A stretch of 64,000 nucleotides of DNA from Octopus sinensis. Taxonomy: Eukaryota. The stretch is taken from positions 1-64,000 of the forward strand of contig NW_021834307.1 of assembly GCF_006345805.1 (NCBI RefSeq), in the 5' to 3' direction. The notes beneath the pieces are model-generated. The model was not told the DNA's origin and ran no database searches. It saw only the letters and a program-made list of their open reading frames with translations. The translations under genes and the position numbers were made by a program. Below are positions 41,240 to 52,831 of the stretch, one piece after another; the first letter of the stretch is position 1, and every line of letters starts with the position of its first letter.

Positions 41240-41455
41240 CGATGAGGTACTGCAAAGTTCCTGGCTTTGGGTAAAAGAAAATACAAAAAGATCAGTTAAT
41301 TGTGATTTTATTCAACATATTTCCCTCTCAGATTCACACACTTATTGCAGCGGTCCTTCAGTTTTTCCAAGCCCTGTAAAAGTACTCAGGAAGTTGGGCC
41401 TCCAGCCGGGCCTTTCGCGATACCCTTAAAGCAAGAACGTTTCTGCACCCCCTCG
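41240..41455. mobile_element. Mariner-derived MITE
   Basis: Ends cgatgaggtactgcaaagttcctggcttt / aaagcaagaacgtttctgcaccccctcg are inverted; TA on the left; no coding capacity. Confidence 0.75.
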
Positions 41456-42825
41456 TTTATAGTGCCCCCTTCTCAATATATATGTCTTCTTGTGCCTGTG
41501 TGAGAAACCTCTTTCTTCTCTCTGTTACCACACAAATATTCTTCCAAATCCAACAACGGTGCCTCTTGTATGCAATCACTTGACCTGCAAGAAGAAGCAG
41601 TCATATTGTCGTTAAATTACTCATTATTGTCTCTAAGAAGGAAGTTCACATTGGAGGGTGTTGTTCTACCTGGAATGTCTATGAGTATAAGTCTGCTCAA
41701 TGAGGGCTGGCCAAGGGCGAAATGTCAATGCCAATGATAATAATAGTCCTTTTCTTTCCTTTTCTTTTACTCCCCCCCCACTTCCTATCAGCGAACCATC
41801 ATTATAATCACTACTAAGTTCTACACCCGCAAGCACTACCATCACCACATCACCACCATAATACTACAACCAATACTAACATCACTGTAACCATTATAAC
41901 CGTCAGCATTACAATTACCACCACCACCACCACCACCACCACCACCACTATAACCTCCACCATTATCACCAACGATTATGTCTTTACGTAATTCTTCGAC
42001 TTGCTAGAAGCAGCAGCCAATTTTCACATAAATCATACTTTACAACACCATAACGGTGGTTGTTGTAGTAGTAGTAGTAGTAGTAGTAGTACTAGCAGCG
42101 GTGATGGTGATGATGCTGATGTTGGTATTAGTGGCAACGATGGCGGTGGCAGCGGCGGCGGTGGTAGCCTTCGGTGGTGGCAGAGGTGGTGGTGGCAGCG
42201 GAGGTGGTGGCGCTGCTACCCAGCCACGCCGGGTTATTATTTTGTTTTTGTTTTTAAATAATACTCACAGGTGTGTATTGATGATGAGGTGGATCATTGA
42301 ATCAGCCACAGGTGTGTTTCTCATGATGATGATGATGGCAGGAGGGAAGGGGGTGTGATAGTGAAGAAGGGCTTCTAGCTGTGAGAGGTGGAGTGTGTGC
42401 AGGGTGGGGCGGGGAGGGAGGGTGTAGAGTCCCGTCATTCTTACCTAGCAGGTGTTGTGTATTGTTGGTAGCACCAGGTAAGTAGATGAAGTAAATCTAG
42501 AATAACCACCGACCCCACCACCACCACCGCCGCCGCCGCCGCTGCCCCTGCTGCTGCTACGCACACTATCAACCACTTCACCCGGCAGCCAGTCGCTACA
42601 TACAACGAACCAAGCTTACGCTAAATCACCACCACCATCGCCACCACCACTTGTCACAGAACCGAAATGAATCTCTCTCTCTCTCTCTCTCTTTCTCATC
42701 CCCCCTTCTCTCTTTCTCTCTCTCTCTCGCTATCTCTCTCTCTCTCCTCGCTCTCTTTATATATATATATCTATAATATATAATATATATATATATATAT
42801 AGTATGTATATATATACATATATAT

Positions 42826-42880
<55 letters not shown>

Positions 42881-42885
42881 TATAT

Positions 42886-42929
<44 letters not shown>

Positions 42930-43394
42930 ATATATATTCATAAGCATAATGGTGGGTTACCAACGACACCGCTTCCATCACCACCACAGACCACATCTCC
43001 GCCTCCAGCCACTAACACACGTTATATACACCAGATGCACGCCTGTATGCATTTATCCATCCATCCATGTACACATACATATATCCATACATGCATACAT
43101 AAGTAAAAGGCCAGATAGATAGATAGATAGATAGATAGATATATGTATACATACATGTGTATGTATATATGTATATACATATATATATACATGTGTATAT
43201 ATATATATATATATATAGTGGAGCGGTACAAAATTAAGTGAAAAAGTAAATATGAGAAACTAGATAGTTGAGGGTATATCTATGTACGTATAGAAGTGTG
43301 TATATGCTTGTCAACATATATGTGTGTGAATATAATTTTTCCTGTGTATGTGAATGTGTCTTTGTGTGCACAAGCACATAAACATGTGCGTATA

Positions 43395-44820
43395 TCCATA
43401 CATACATACATACATGCATACATACATGCATACATGCATACATACATACAATACATAATACATACATACATACATACATACATGCATACATGCATACATA
43501 CATACATACATACATACATACATACAATACATACATACATACAATACATACATACATACATACATGCCCCACATAACATACATACACACATACATACATA
43601 CATACACATACATACATACAACATACATACACACACATCCATACATACATACATACATGCATACATGCATACTACATACATACATACATACATACATACA
43701 ATCATACATACATACATACATACATACATACATACATGCATACACACATACATACATACATACACACATACATACATACATACATACATACATACACACA
43801 TACATACATACATACATACATACATACATACATACATACATACATGCATGCATACATACATACGTACGTACATACATACATACATACATACATACATACA
43901 TACATACATACATACATACATACAATACATACATACATACATACATACATACATACATACATACATACATACATACATACATACATACATACATGCATGC
44001 ATACATACATACATACGTACGTACATACATACATACATACATACATACATACATACATACAATACATACATACATACGTACATACATACATACATACATA
44101 CATACAATACATACATACATACATACATACATACATGCATACATGCATACATACATACATACATACGTACGTACGTACATACATACATACATATATACAC
44201 ACACATACATATATACATACATACATACACACACACATACATACATACATACATACATACAATACATACATACATACATACACACATACATACATACATA
44301 CATACATACATACATACACACATGCATACATACATACATACATACATACACACATACATACATACATACATACATACATACATACATACATACATACATA
44401 CATACGTACGTACGTACATACATGCATACATACATACATACATACATACGTACGTACATACATACATACATACATACATACATACATACAATACATACAT
44501 ACATACATACAATACATACATACATACATACATACATGCATACATACATACATACATACATACATACATACGTACATACATGCATACATACATACATACA
44601 TACATACATACAATACATACATACATACATACATACATACATACATACATACATACATACAATACATACATGCATACATACATACATACATACGTACGTA
44701 CATACATACATACATACATACATACAATACATACATACATACATACATGCATACATACATACATACATGCATACATACATACATACATACATACATACAT
44801 ACGTACATATATACATACAT
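43395..44820. repeat. ~1.4-kb (TACA)n microsatellite array
   Basis: Directly visible; explains the 360-520 aa MYVC/HTYI ORFs. Confidence 0.98.
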
Positions 44821-45431
44821 GTAAACATACTTAAATTGTACGTGTGTTTGTACGCACTTAGCAGCGTGTTAATAAACTCCAACCGTAGGTAACTTTAACA
44901 GTGTGCTTAAGCAATTTTCTCACAGATCCGGGTGGCTGTGAGGGTGAGGACTGATCCGCGGGGTGTGTGGGCCTTGTGGTGGCTGGTAGGGTGTGCTGAG
45001 GGGTGTAAAAGTAGCGACTAATTCTTACATATGTTAGGATGAATGCCTGTGTATATATTCGCTGGGCGAAAAAGAAAAAAAAAAACAAAATGATAAAACA
45101 TTAAAAAACCCTACAAAAACCTTGAAGTCCCTTCCTCTGCCGGTGTGCATGTGTGCCCATATGTAAGTCCTTTTATCTAAAGCTGGCCAACGTGTTAAAT
45201 GTACGCTGTGAAGAAGACATTGACGTCGCTTGCAATACAAGCTGTCCATGTTATTGTTACATCTTGTATATTTGAACATCCATTTTAGGGATTGTGCTCG
45301 ATTGTAGAAGAACACTCACACACAAACGGACGACCGACAAAAGATCTTTTGTAAATTGTCTTTTTGCTTAACTTGCCAGCTAAGTATGGTCTCTCTGCCT
45401 ACATGCGTGTTTACGAGTAACGTCTCTCCGC

Positions 45432-45533
<102 letters not shown>

Positions 45534-45755
45534 AAATTTATATATATTTACATGTATATTGTTTTGTAATTTTGGATTCTGTGAATCGTGGATATTTAAG
45601 ATTGCGAATGTGTATTATGTGTATGTGTGCGTATGTGTGTGCAAATATGTATAAGTACATGTGTGTATATATATATATAACATATATATGTATGTATGTA
45701 TATAATATATATACATACATATATACGTATATATGATATATATTATAATAATATA

Positions 45756-45823
<68 letters not shown>

Positions 45824-45829
45824 GTATAC

Positions 45830-46200
45830 CCTTATATTTAAACTCGACTCCGACGGTCCGAATGACCATGGGTGCACCTAAGAGGTTCCCCTCCGAAGTA
45901 CAAGTCTGGGAAGAAAGTCGCCTCACCGGCGAACGCACAACCTAGGGTTATGGAACAGCAGCAGTCACCCATGCATGCCCCCCCTCTCCACGCCACCAGT
46001 GTTACCCAAGGGAAAGGCAAAGACCGATACAGCTTGTGCACCAGTGACGTCACAGCTCATTTCTACAGCTGAGCGAACTGAAGCAGCGTGAAATAAAGTG
46101 CCTTGCTCAAGAACACGACATGCAGTCCGGTCCAGGAATCGAACTCATAACCTCACGATCGTAAGCTCGACGCTCTAACCCCTGAGCCATGCGCCTTCAC
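45830..46200 (-). mobile_element. tRNA-derived SINE, type C (CORE-like)
   Basis: Minus strand: tggctcaggggttag (A box), gagttcgattcc (B box), gtgttcttgagcaaggcactttatttcac. Confidence 0.85.
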
Positions 46201-46222
46201 ACACACGCACACATATAAATAT

Positions 46223-46259
<37 letters not shown>

Positions 46260-46280
46260 TAGACAGACAGACAGACAGAC

Positions 46281-46363
<83 letters not shown>

Positions 46364-46365
46364 CT

Positions 46366-46445
<80 letters not shown>

Positions 46446-46699
46446 TGTATATATACATGTGCATATATACACATATGTATATATACACATATGTATATAT
46501 ATATATGAGTGTACAATTTATATAATCCAGGGGAATAATTACAAGGTAGCTAAATGTTGCTAATGTGTCCTCGAAAATAACGATCCCACTTGTGTGGGAT
46601 TTGATTCCGGGTTAAGTAAGTCGAATTTAAGAGAAAATAGGGAAACTTGAAAAAGGAGACAAACGCTCAGAATGTAATTAAAACATTTATATCTTCATA

Positions 46700-46786
46700 T
46701 CCTCTACATATGTTTCGATGGCTACATTAAAAATAAGTCCGACGGAAAGAATTACGGTCAGCTATGAATCAATCTCATCAGGAAAG
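46700..46786 (-). ncRNA. Type I hammerhead ribozyme motif with extended stem-loop II
   Basis: cuuuc CUGAUGA GAU-[52 nt]-AUC GAAA CAUAUG UA gagga. Canonical core; stem III ACAUAUGU is the same as at 26045; stem I has two G-U pairs. Confidence 0.7.
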
Positions 46787-46992
46787 ACATAAACAACAAA
46801 ATTCATCAAATAGACATTTTTACAGATATAGAAAGCCGTAGAAAATTTGACGTATTTATATGTATATGCACGCACACTTATACACACGCATATATTCCTG
46901 TATGTGCGTGTATATACATGGTTCAAAATAATACAAAAATACAAACAAAAACAAGACAAGCATCTCTACCTTTATCTCTCTCCTTCTCTGTA

Positions 46993-47062
<70 letters not shown>

Positions 47063-47603
47063 CATGCATACATGCATATATACATATATACATATATACA
47101 TAACTGTGAGTACATGCGAACATGCATGTACATGAAATTATTCAAATGTAAACGTATTTATAGACAGAGAGAGGGGGAGGGAGATATAGAGAAAAGATAT
47201 ATATATATATATTATATATACATATATATATATATATTTATATATACATATACATGCATGACCGTGTTTATGTGTGTCTGTCACCCACCCAACCAACCAA
47301 CTGCACACAATGTTTGTGAAGAAAAGGAGTTTTAAAAGAGCCCCAAAGCAAGAAGGGGGTCTCCAACAATATCTACAAACAGAACCCTGGCAACCTGGGA
47401 TTATTGGTGAGAAGACAGCAGTGAGTTTGGAAGCAAAGAATCCCAATGTAACAGTGGTGCCTCACAGAAGAAAACTGAATTTACCAATTGCAGGGCGTGA
47501 TTAAGTGTTAGAGAGTGAAATGTTTAGTTTCTGATGATGTTCGCTCAGAAAAACTGGTGTCCCGGGATTTGTATGCTGTCTCTTGCATACGAATGCTTTC
47601 GAA

Positions 47604-47859
47604 CAATGGTTCTCAAGCATTCTTTGGTGAGGAATTTGTTTTCATTCCTATTTTGCTCAGCTGGACCCCCATAGCTACATGATGTTTAGGAAGATCCCAT
47701 TATAGTTAAATAGTTAAATATTATTAGGAATGGTTTTAAAAAAATTGCTAAAATATTTTATGTATTGTAAAAGTATAACTAGTTTATTGCAGATAAAGTT
47801 TAACAACAAAATCTTATGTGGACCCCTCAGGGCCAAATGGGCCCCGGTTTAGAACTTAG
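47604..47859. mobile_element. Probable hAT-type MITE
   Basis: Left caatggttctcaa and right ggtttagaacttag resemble degenerate cagtggttctcaa-type TIRs. Confidence 0.45.
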
Positions 47860-47957
47860 CAAAGGAAGAATTGGCCGTGAGATAGTCTTGCTTTACCTGG
47901 CAAAAGCGCGCAGATGTGAAGTTTTGCGTTCCGGGAGGCATGGAAGTGGTCTAATTT

Positions 47958-47994
<37 letters not shown>

Positions 47995-48090
47995 CGGGAA
48001 GCTTTATGAAAATAAACAAAAGACGAAGGCAGGTGGAAAACAAACAAACAATGTATTAGTATGGCGCTCAGGAAATATAAATAAAACAAG

Positions 48091-48128
48091 TCTTTAACGT
48101 TTCGAGCCTACGCTCTTCAACAGAAAGA
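48091..48128 (-). ncRNA. Minimal type I hammerhead motif, A6>U variant (distal copy)
   Basis: ucuuu CUGUUGA A GAGC guag GCUC GAAA CG UU aaaga; 5-bp stem I, stem III ACGU. Confidence 0.65.
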
Positions 48129-48210
48129 TACACAGAGAGAGAAAAACACAGAAAGAAGGAGAGAAAAAAAAATGCGTGCAGTAGCTAACGAATCAACATA
48201 TATAACGAAT

Positions 48211-48252
<42 letters not shown>

Positions 48253-48378
48253 CGGGAAGGTTTACGAAAATAAACAAAAGACGAAGGCAGGTTTATGAAA
48301 ATAGACAAAAGACGAAGGCAGGTGGAGTACAAACAAACAATGTATTAGTATGGCGCTCAGGAATAGAAATAGAACAAG

Positions 48379-48416
48379 TCTTCTACGTTTCGAGCCTACG
48401 CTCTTCGACAGAAAGA
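48379..48416 (-). ncRNA. Minimal type I hammerhead motif, A6>U variant (proximal copy)
   Basis: ucuuu CUGUCGA A GAGC guag GCUC GAAA CG UA gaaga; 5-bp stem I with one G-U pair. Confidence 0.65.
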
Positions 48417-49179
48417 TACACAGAAAAGAAACAAGGGGAGAAACAAGGAGAGAAGAAAAATGCGTGTAGGAGCTAACGGTCTATCATGGCGTTCTGACTT
48501 CAGGCAGAAGTCAGAGGTTAGAGGTCAGACGTTAGACGCTAGAGGGATAGTAGGGGAGGTAACACGGTCAAGTGACTTCGCCCCAACACGAAGGTGCTAT
48601 TGAAAGAGTCTGGACGTGTGTATGTATGTGTGTGGAGATATGGGGATGGGTGTGCGGGTGGTGTGTTGTGATAAGATATGTGTATGTATGTGTAGGTGTA
48701 AAGATGTGGGGATGGGTGTGTGGGCGGTGTGCTGTGGGTGGTGTGTTGTGATGTGTAACGTCGTATGGTGTAGTGTAGTGTGGTGTGATATTGTGGGGAG
48801 GTGGGGGCGAGTATGGGGAAAGCCCATGTGGGGTGTGGGTTCGGCTGGGGATTGGGGTAGAGTTGGGGTTGTGGGGAGAGTGAGAGGGGGAGGGGAGGAT
48901 GGGGAGAGGAGGGAGAGAAGAAGGAGGGAGAGGAGGAGAAGGAGGGGAGTGGTAGGGGAGGAGGGGAGTGGTAGGGGAGGAGGGGAGTGGTAGGGGAGGA
49001 GGAGGAGGAGAGGGAGAGAGGAGGGGAGGGGAGGGGAGGGGAGTGAGGGAGCAGAGAGAAAGAGAGAAGGGAAAGAGGGAAGAAGGGAAAGAAGGGAAGA
49101 GGAGGGAAAGAGAGTAGGGGTGAAAAGATGAAGGACTGAAGAGAAGTAGGAGTCGGGGGCGGTTAGATGAAAGGGGGGA

Positions 49180-51886
49180 GAGTTGAGCCCAAATGGCGTA
49201 AAAGAGCGAAGAGAGAAGATTAATCCCAGTTCATGGCGCAAACGGGAATCCGGATGGCCTCTGTGCAAGGACAATCCGAACACAGACAGGTGTTGCAAGG
49301 AGTGACCGGTGGAGCGGAAATTGCGTGAGACTGGTGTGTCATTGGCGAGGCGGATGTCTCGGAGGTGTTCCGCGAACCGGTCAGCCAAGCGGCGTCCCGT
49401 TTGTCCGATGTACAGGGAATGGCAGAGAGAGCAGGAGATGCAATAGATGATATTGCTGGAGGTGCAGGTGAAGGAGTCGATGATGCGATAGGGTCGATGA
49501 TGGGTGCCGGTGAGGAGGGTGGTGTTGGAGAAGTAAGGGCAAGTGCGGCAACGTGGGCGGGAGCAGGGGAACGAGCCAGGCTGGGAGGTAGGGTCAGGGA
49601 AGAAGCTGTGGACCAAGAGGTCTCGTAGGTTATGGGCTCGATTGAAGGAGGGGAGGGGTCGGTTAGGGAAGAGGTGTGAAGTGGACGGGTCGGACTGGAG
49701 ATGCCGGAAAGCTCGAAGAATGGTGTGTTGGAGAGGTAGGGTGGTGGAGTGATAAGTGAGGGGAAAATGGAGGCGGGAGGCTGCAGGGCGGGTTCGGGGG
49801 GAGAGAGCAGATGCACGGTCAACGGAACGTGCTCTGGCAAGGGCGGTATGGATAGTGGTGAGGGGATATCTACGTAGGATGAAGTGGCGAGCCATGAGTT
49901 GAGACTGAATCTCAGTCATGGTCGTCACTACAGAGCCTACGTAGACGGAGGAATTGGGAATAGGGGGTGGAAAGCTTGGTGTGTTTGGAGTGGTAGGAAG
50001 AGAGGTTTAGATATGAGTGTGAGTCTGTGTGTTTGTAGTGAATGGAGGTGGTAAGAGTGGAGTGATGAATGCTGACCGAAATGTCGAGAAAGGAGACAGA
50101 GGTGTTGGAGATAGTGGAGGTGAAGTGGAGGGCAGGATGGAAGGATTGAACGAAAGAGAGGAAGGAATCTAGATGTTCATTTGAGAGTGAGGTGGCACCG
50201 ATAATGTCGTCAATGTAACAACCGTATAGTTCGGGAGTGCGTCCAGTGAAACTAGAGAATATTTGGGCCTCAACATAGCCAACGAACGGGTTCGCATAGT
50301 TGGGGCCTATTCGCGTTCCCATGGCCACTCCCGAGACCTATTGGTAGCACTCGCCCGCGAACGAGAAGCAGTTAAGAGAAAGGACAAGTTCGGCCAGACG
50401 AATGAGTGTGGAGGTGTCGGGTTCGGGGTTGGGCGGAGGTCGAGAAAGTGTTGAAGTGCCCGCAGTCCCTCGTGGTGAGGGATGACGGTATAGAGGCTCT
50501 GGATGTCCATTGTAAAAAGGAGTTTGGAGGAGCCAGGAGGAAAGGAGAAAGAGTTGAAAAGCCGGAGAGCATGGTTGGTGTCGTGGATGTGGGATGGAAG
50601 AGACGCCACTAGGGGAGCAAGGACACGGTCGAGGTATTTAGAGATGAGCTCCGTGGGGCAGTTACAGGCGGAGACGATGTGGCGGCCAGAGTTGTTGGGT
50701 TTGTGGATTTTGGGGAGGAAGTAAATGGTGGGGGTGAGTAGGGTTAGGACAATGAGGCTGGATGCGGTGTGGGGGAGACGGGACGACGAGATGAGGTCGT
50801 GGACAGTAGAGGATACCGTCTGTTGGTAGCTAAGCGTGGGGTCAGAGGACAGAGGGGAGTAGAAAGAGGTGTCATTGAGTGGGCGGAGCGCCTCGGCTCT
50901 GTAGAGGTCCGCGCGCCACACCACCACAGCTCCACCCTTGTCAGCGGGTTTGACGACAATGTCAGCGCGCCGTTGGAGGGAACGAAGAGCCGAGAGCTCA
51001 GCCGGGGAGATGTTGAGGCGGCGGTGGCGCCTGGAGAAGTTGAACCGCTGCAACGCGCGCTGATAGGCACCCGCGAAAAGATCCACTGCTTGGAACTGGC
51101 CGGGGGCAGGCGCCCACAGGGATGGTCGGCGGCCCAGGTCAGTGAAGCAGTCCTCATCGCTGGATGCAGGTGGTATGTCGCGGAAAAACGCACCCAACCG
51201 GACGCGGCGCACAAAGCTGTGGACATCAGCACGGGTCTGGAATTCCTTACAGGATGGAGTGAGGGGTATGAAACGCAGACCCCTACTGAGGACGTTAGGA
51301 GGGACAGTGGGACGTTAGGAGGGTTGTTAGGAGGGACAGTGGGGTTAGGTGTGGGTGGGTGGAGCCTATCAGGATGGTAGAAGGGTAGTGGAGGAGTTGG
51401 GGTAGTGGCGTCGGGTGTGATGGAATAGAGAAGTGATTGGAGTTTACGAAGTTTGGTATTGGTAAGAAATTGATGAAAGAGGTGATTTAAATGGATAATG
51501 AAGTGCAACGTGTTTTGAGCATGGAAAGGGGGCAAAGAGGAGGAAAAGATGGAAAAAGCAGGAGGGAGAAGGCAGTCGATGGTATGTAGTTTGGAGAGAT
51601 TGGAGCGAATGGTGGCACGCATAATGCGGTAAGATGTGGTGCGGAGTATGGGTAAGATGGAAGAAGCAGAGTGGAGAGCAGGATGGAAATGGAGGCGGAA
51701 ACCTTTAGGGATGAGGCGATGATGTGGGCAGCGGCTTAGAAAAGAGACGTGGCTAGAGAAGCGGGTTTTTTTAAAAAGGAGCAGAGATAGGTTAATGGAC
51801 GGCTGAAAGCAGTTTGAAGGGAGCAGGCGGATGTAATCTTTCAGACGATGGTGGAGAGTGAGGAGGTAGGATTTATAATCCGGCAT
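49180..51886 (-). pseudogene. Near-intact Penelope-like element ORF (RT + GIY-YIG), Neptune-like; three frameshifts
   Basis: Motifs in order: RFSSHVSFLSRC..LIPKGF; VLSRGLRFIP; KPADKGGAVVV; LPKIHK; TMDIQSLYTVIP; AMGTRIGPNYAN; YIDD; FLDISV; PYSQFLRLRRLCS; PCSRPRCRTC linker; IIYCISC..LYIGQTGRRLADRFAEH; PFGLN. Stitched from track ORFs 50744..51886, 50307..51212, 49912..50328 and 48597..49928. Confidence 0.95.
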
Positions 51887-52831
51887 GGTGGAATAGCGAA
51901 AAAAAGAGAGAGAAAAAGGGAAAAAACAAGCGTTCGAAAAAAAACAATCGTTCGAAAAAAAAAACTAGATAAAAAAAGCGGTAGGAGCAGAAAATAAAGG
52001 CGAAGAAGATGGGACAAATAGAAAAAGGAAAGAAAAGAAAGGAAGCAGAGAGAGAGGGAGGCAAAAAAACGGGTGCAAACAGAGAAAACAGAGTATGGAC
52101 ATCCAGAGAAGGAAGAAACGACAGAAAGAAGGACAAAAAATACAGGAAAATGTGTAAAGTATGAAATGAATATAAAAAAATAATAAATAATATATAAGAA
52201 AAATAAAACGAAAAAATGAAAACGAAAGGGACAGTTTATACAAACAAGTTCAAGGTTAAAAGTGTAGACGTCGTGGTGTATTTCAAGGATTTAACATCAA
52301 TAACAAACTCACTTTGATCCGTGTAGGAGAGATTCAAATTATATACGTTTTTTATTATTTATTTTGCAATTTACTTAATCATTGACATTTTTTAATTTTA
52401 ATTTTAATATTTCTATTATATGTAATTTACTAGACGGTGTAATTTAATTGTTCATTTTCAATTGATAAAAGCTGTTTTTTTTATTTTTTATATATATATT
52501 ATATTGTGTGAAATTTAATTTAGTATTTCTAAATTGATTTTTTTTTACTTGTAAGTTTTGGATTTTATTCCCTCAAATAACAATTATTATATGCAAATGT
52601 ATATATGCATACATATATACATATACTAAGACATGTACATGTATGTATGTAGGTAAGTATGTATACATGTATGTATGTATACGTTAATTCGTTTCTCGAA
52701 TATCTCGAAGCGTACACATAAAGCTATAATCCTTGCATATAGATATAGGATTCAGAAACCCTTTTGGAGAGACAAATTCGAAAGGACTACCTTCAGCTTT
52801 TTTCCCTCTTCAAAATGCTTTTTAAATTCAG

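Larger units (their letters stand above)
47990..48490 (-). repeat. Tandem PLE terminal repeats (pLTR-like), two copies: ~47990-48185 and ~48250-48490
   Basis: ataacgggaag...gaaaataaacaaaagacgaaggcagg...tatggcgctcagg...acgtttcgagcctacgctcttc..cagaaagatacacag is duplicated. Each copy abuts (TA)n and lies downstream of the PLE ORF in sense orientation. Confidence 0.88.

Noticed and set aside
43234-44892. Long ORFs of 360-520 aa (MYVC / HTYI repeats)
   Set aside because: Translations of the (TACA)n array; the same applies to most short ORFs in the track.
47530-47570. CUGAUGA UG..CA GAAA on the plus strand
   Set aside because: Only a 2-bp stem II, with no stem I or stem III.
48597-49180. Pro/Leu/His-rich C-terminal extension of the PLE ORF
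   Set aside because: Read-through into low-complexity DNA beyond the PFGLN end of the endonuclease; not credible as protein.
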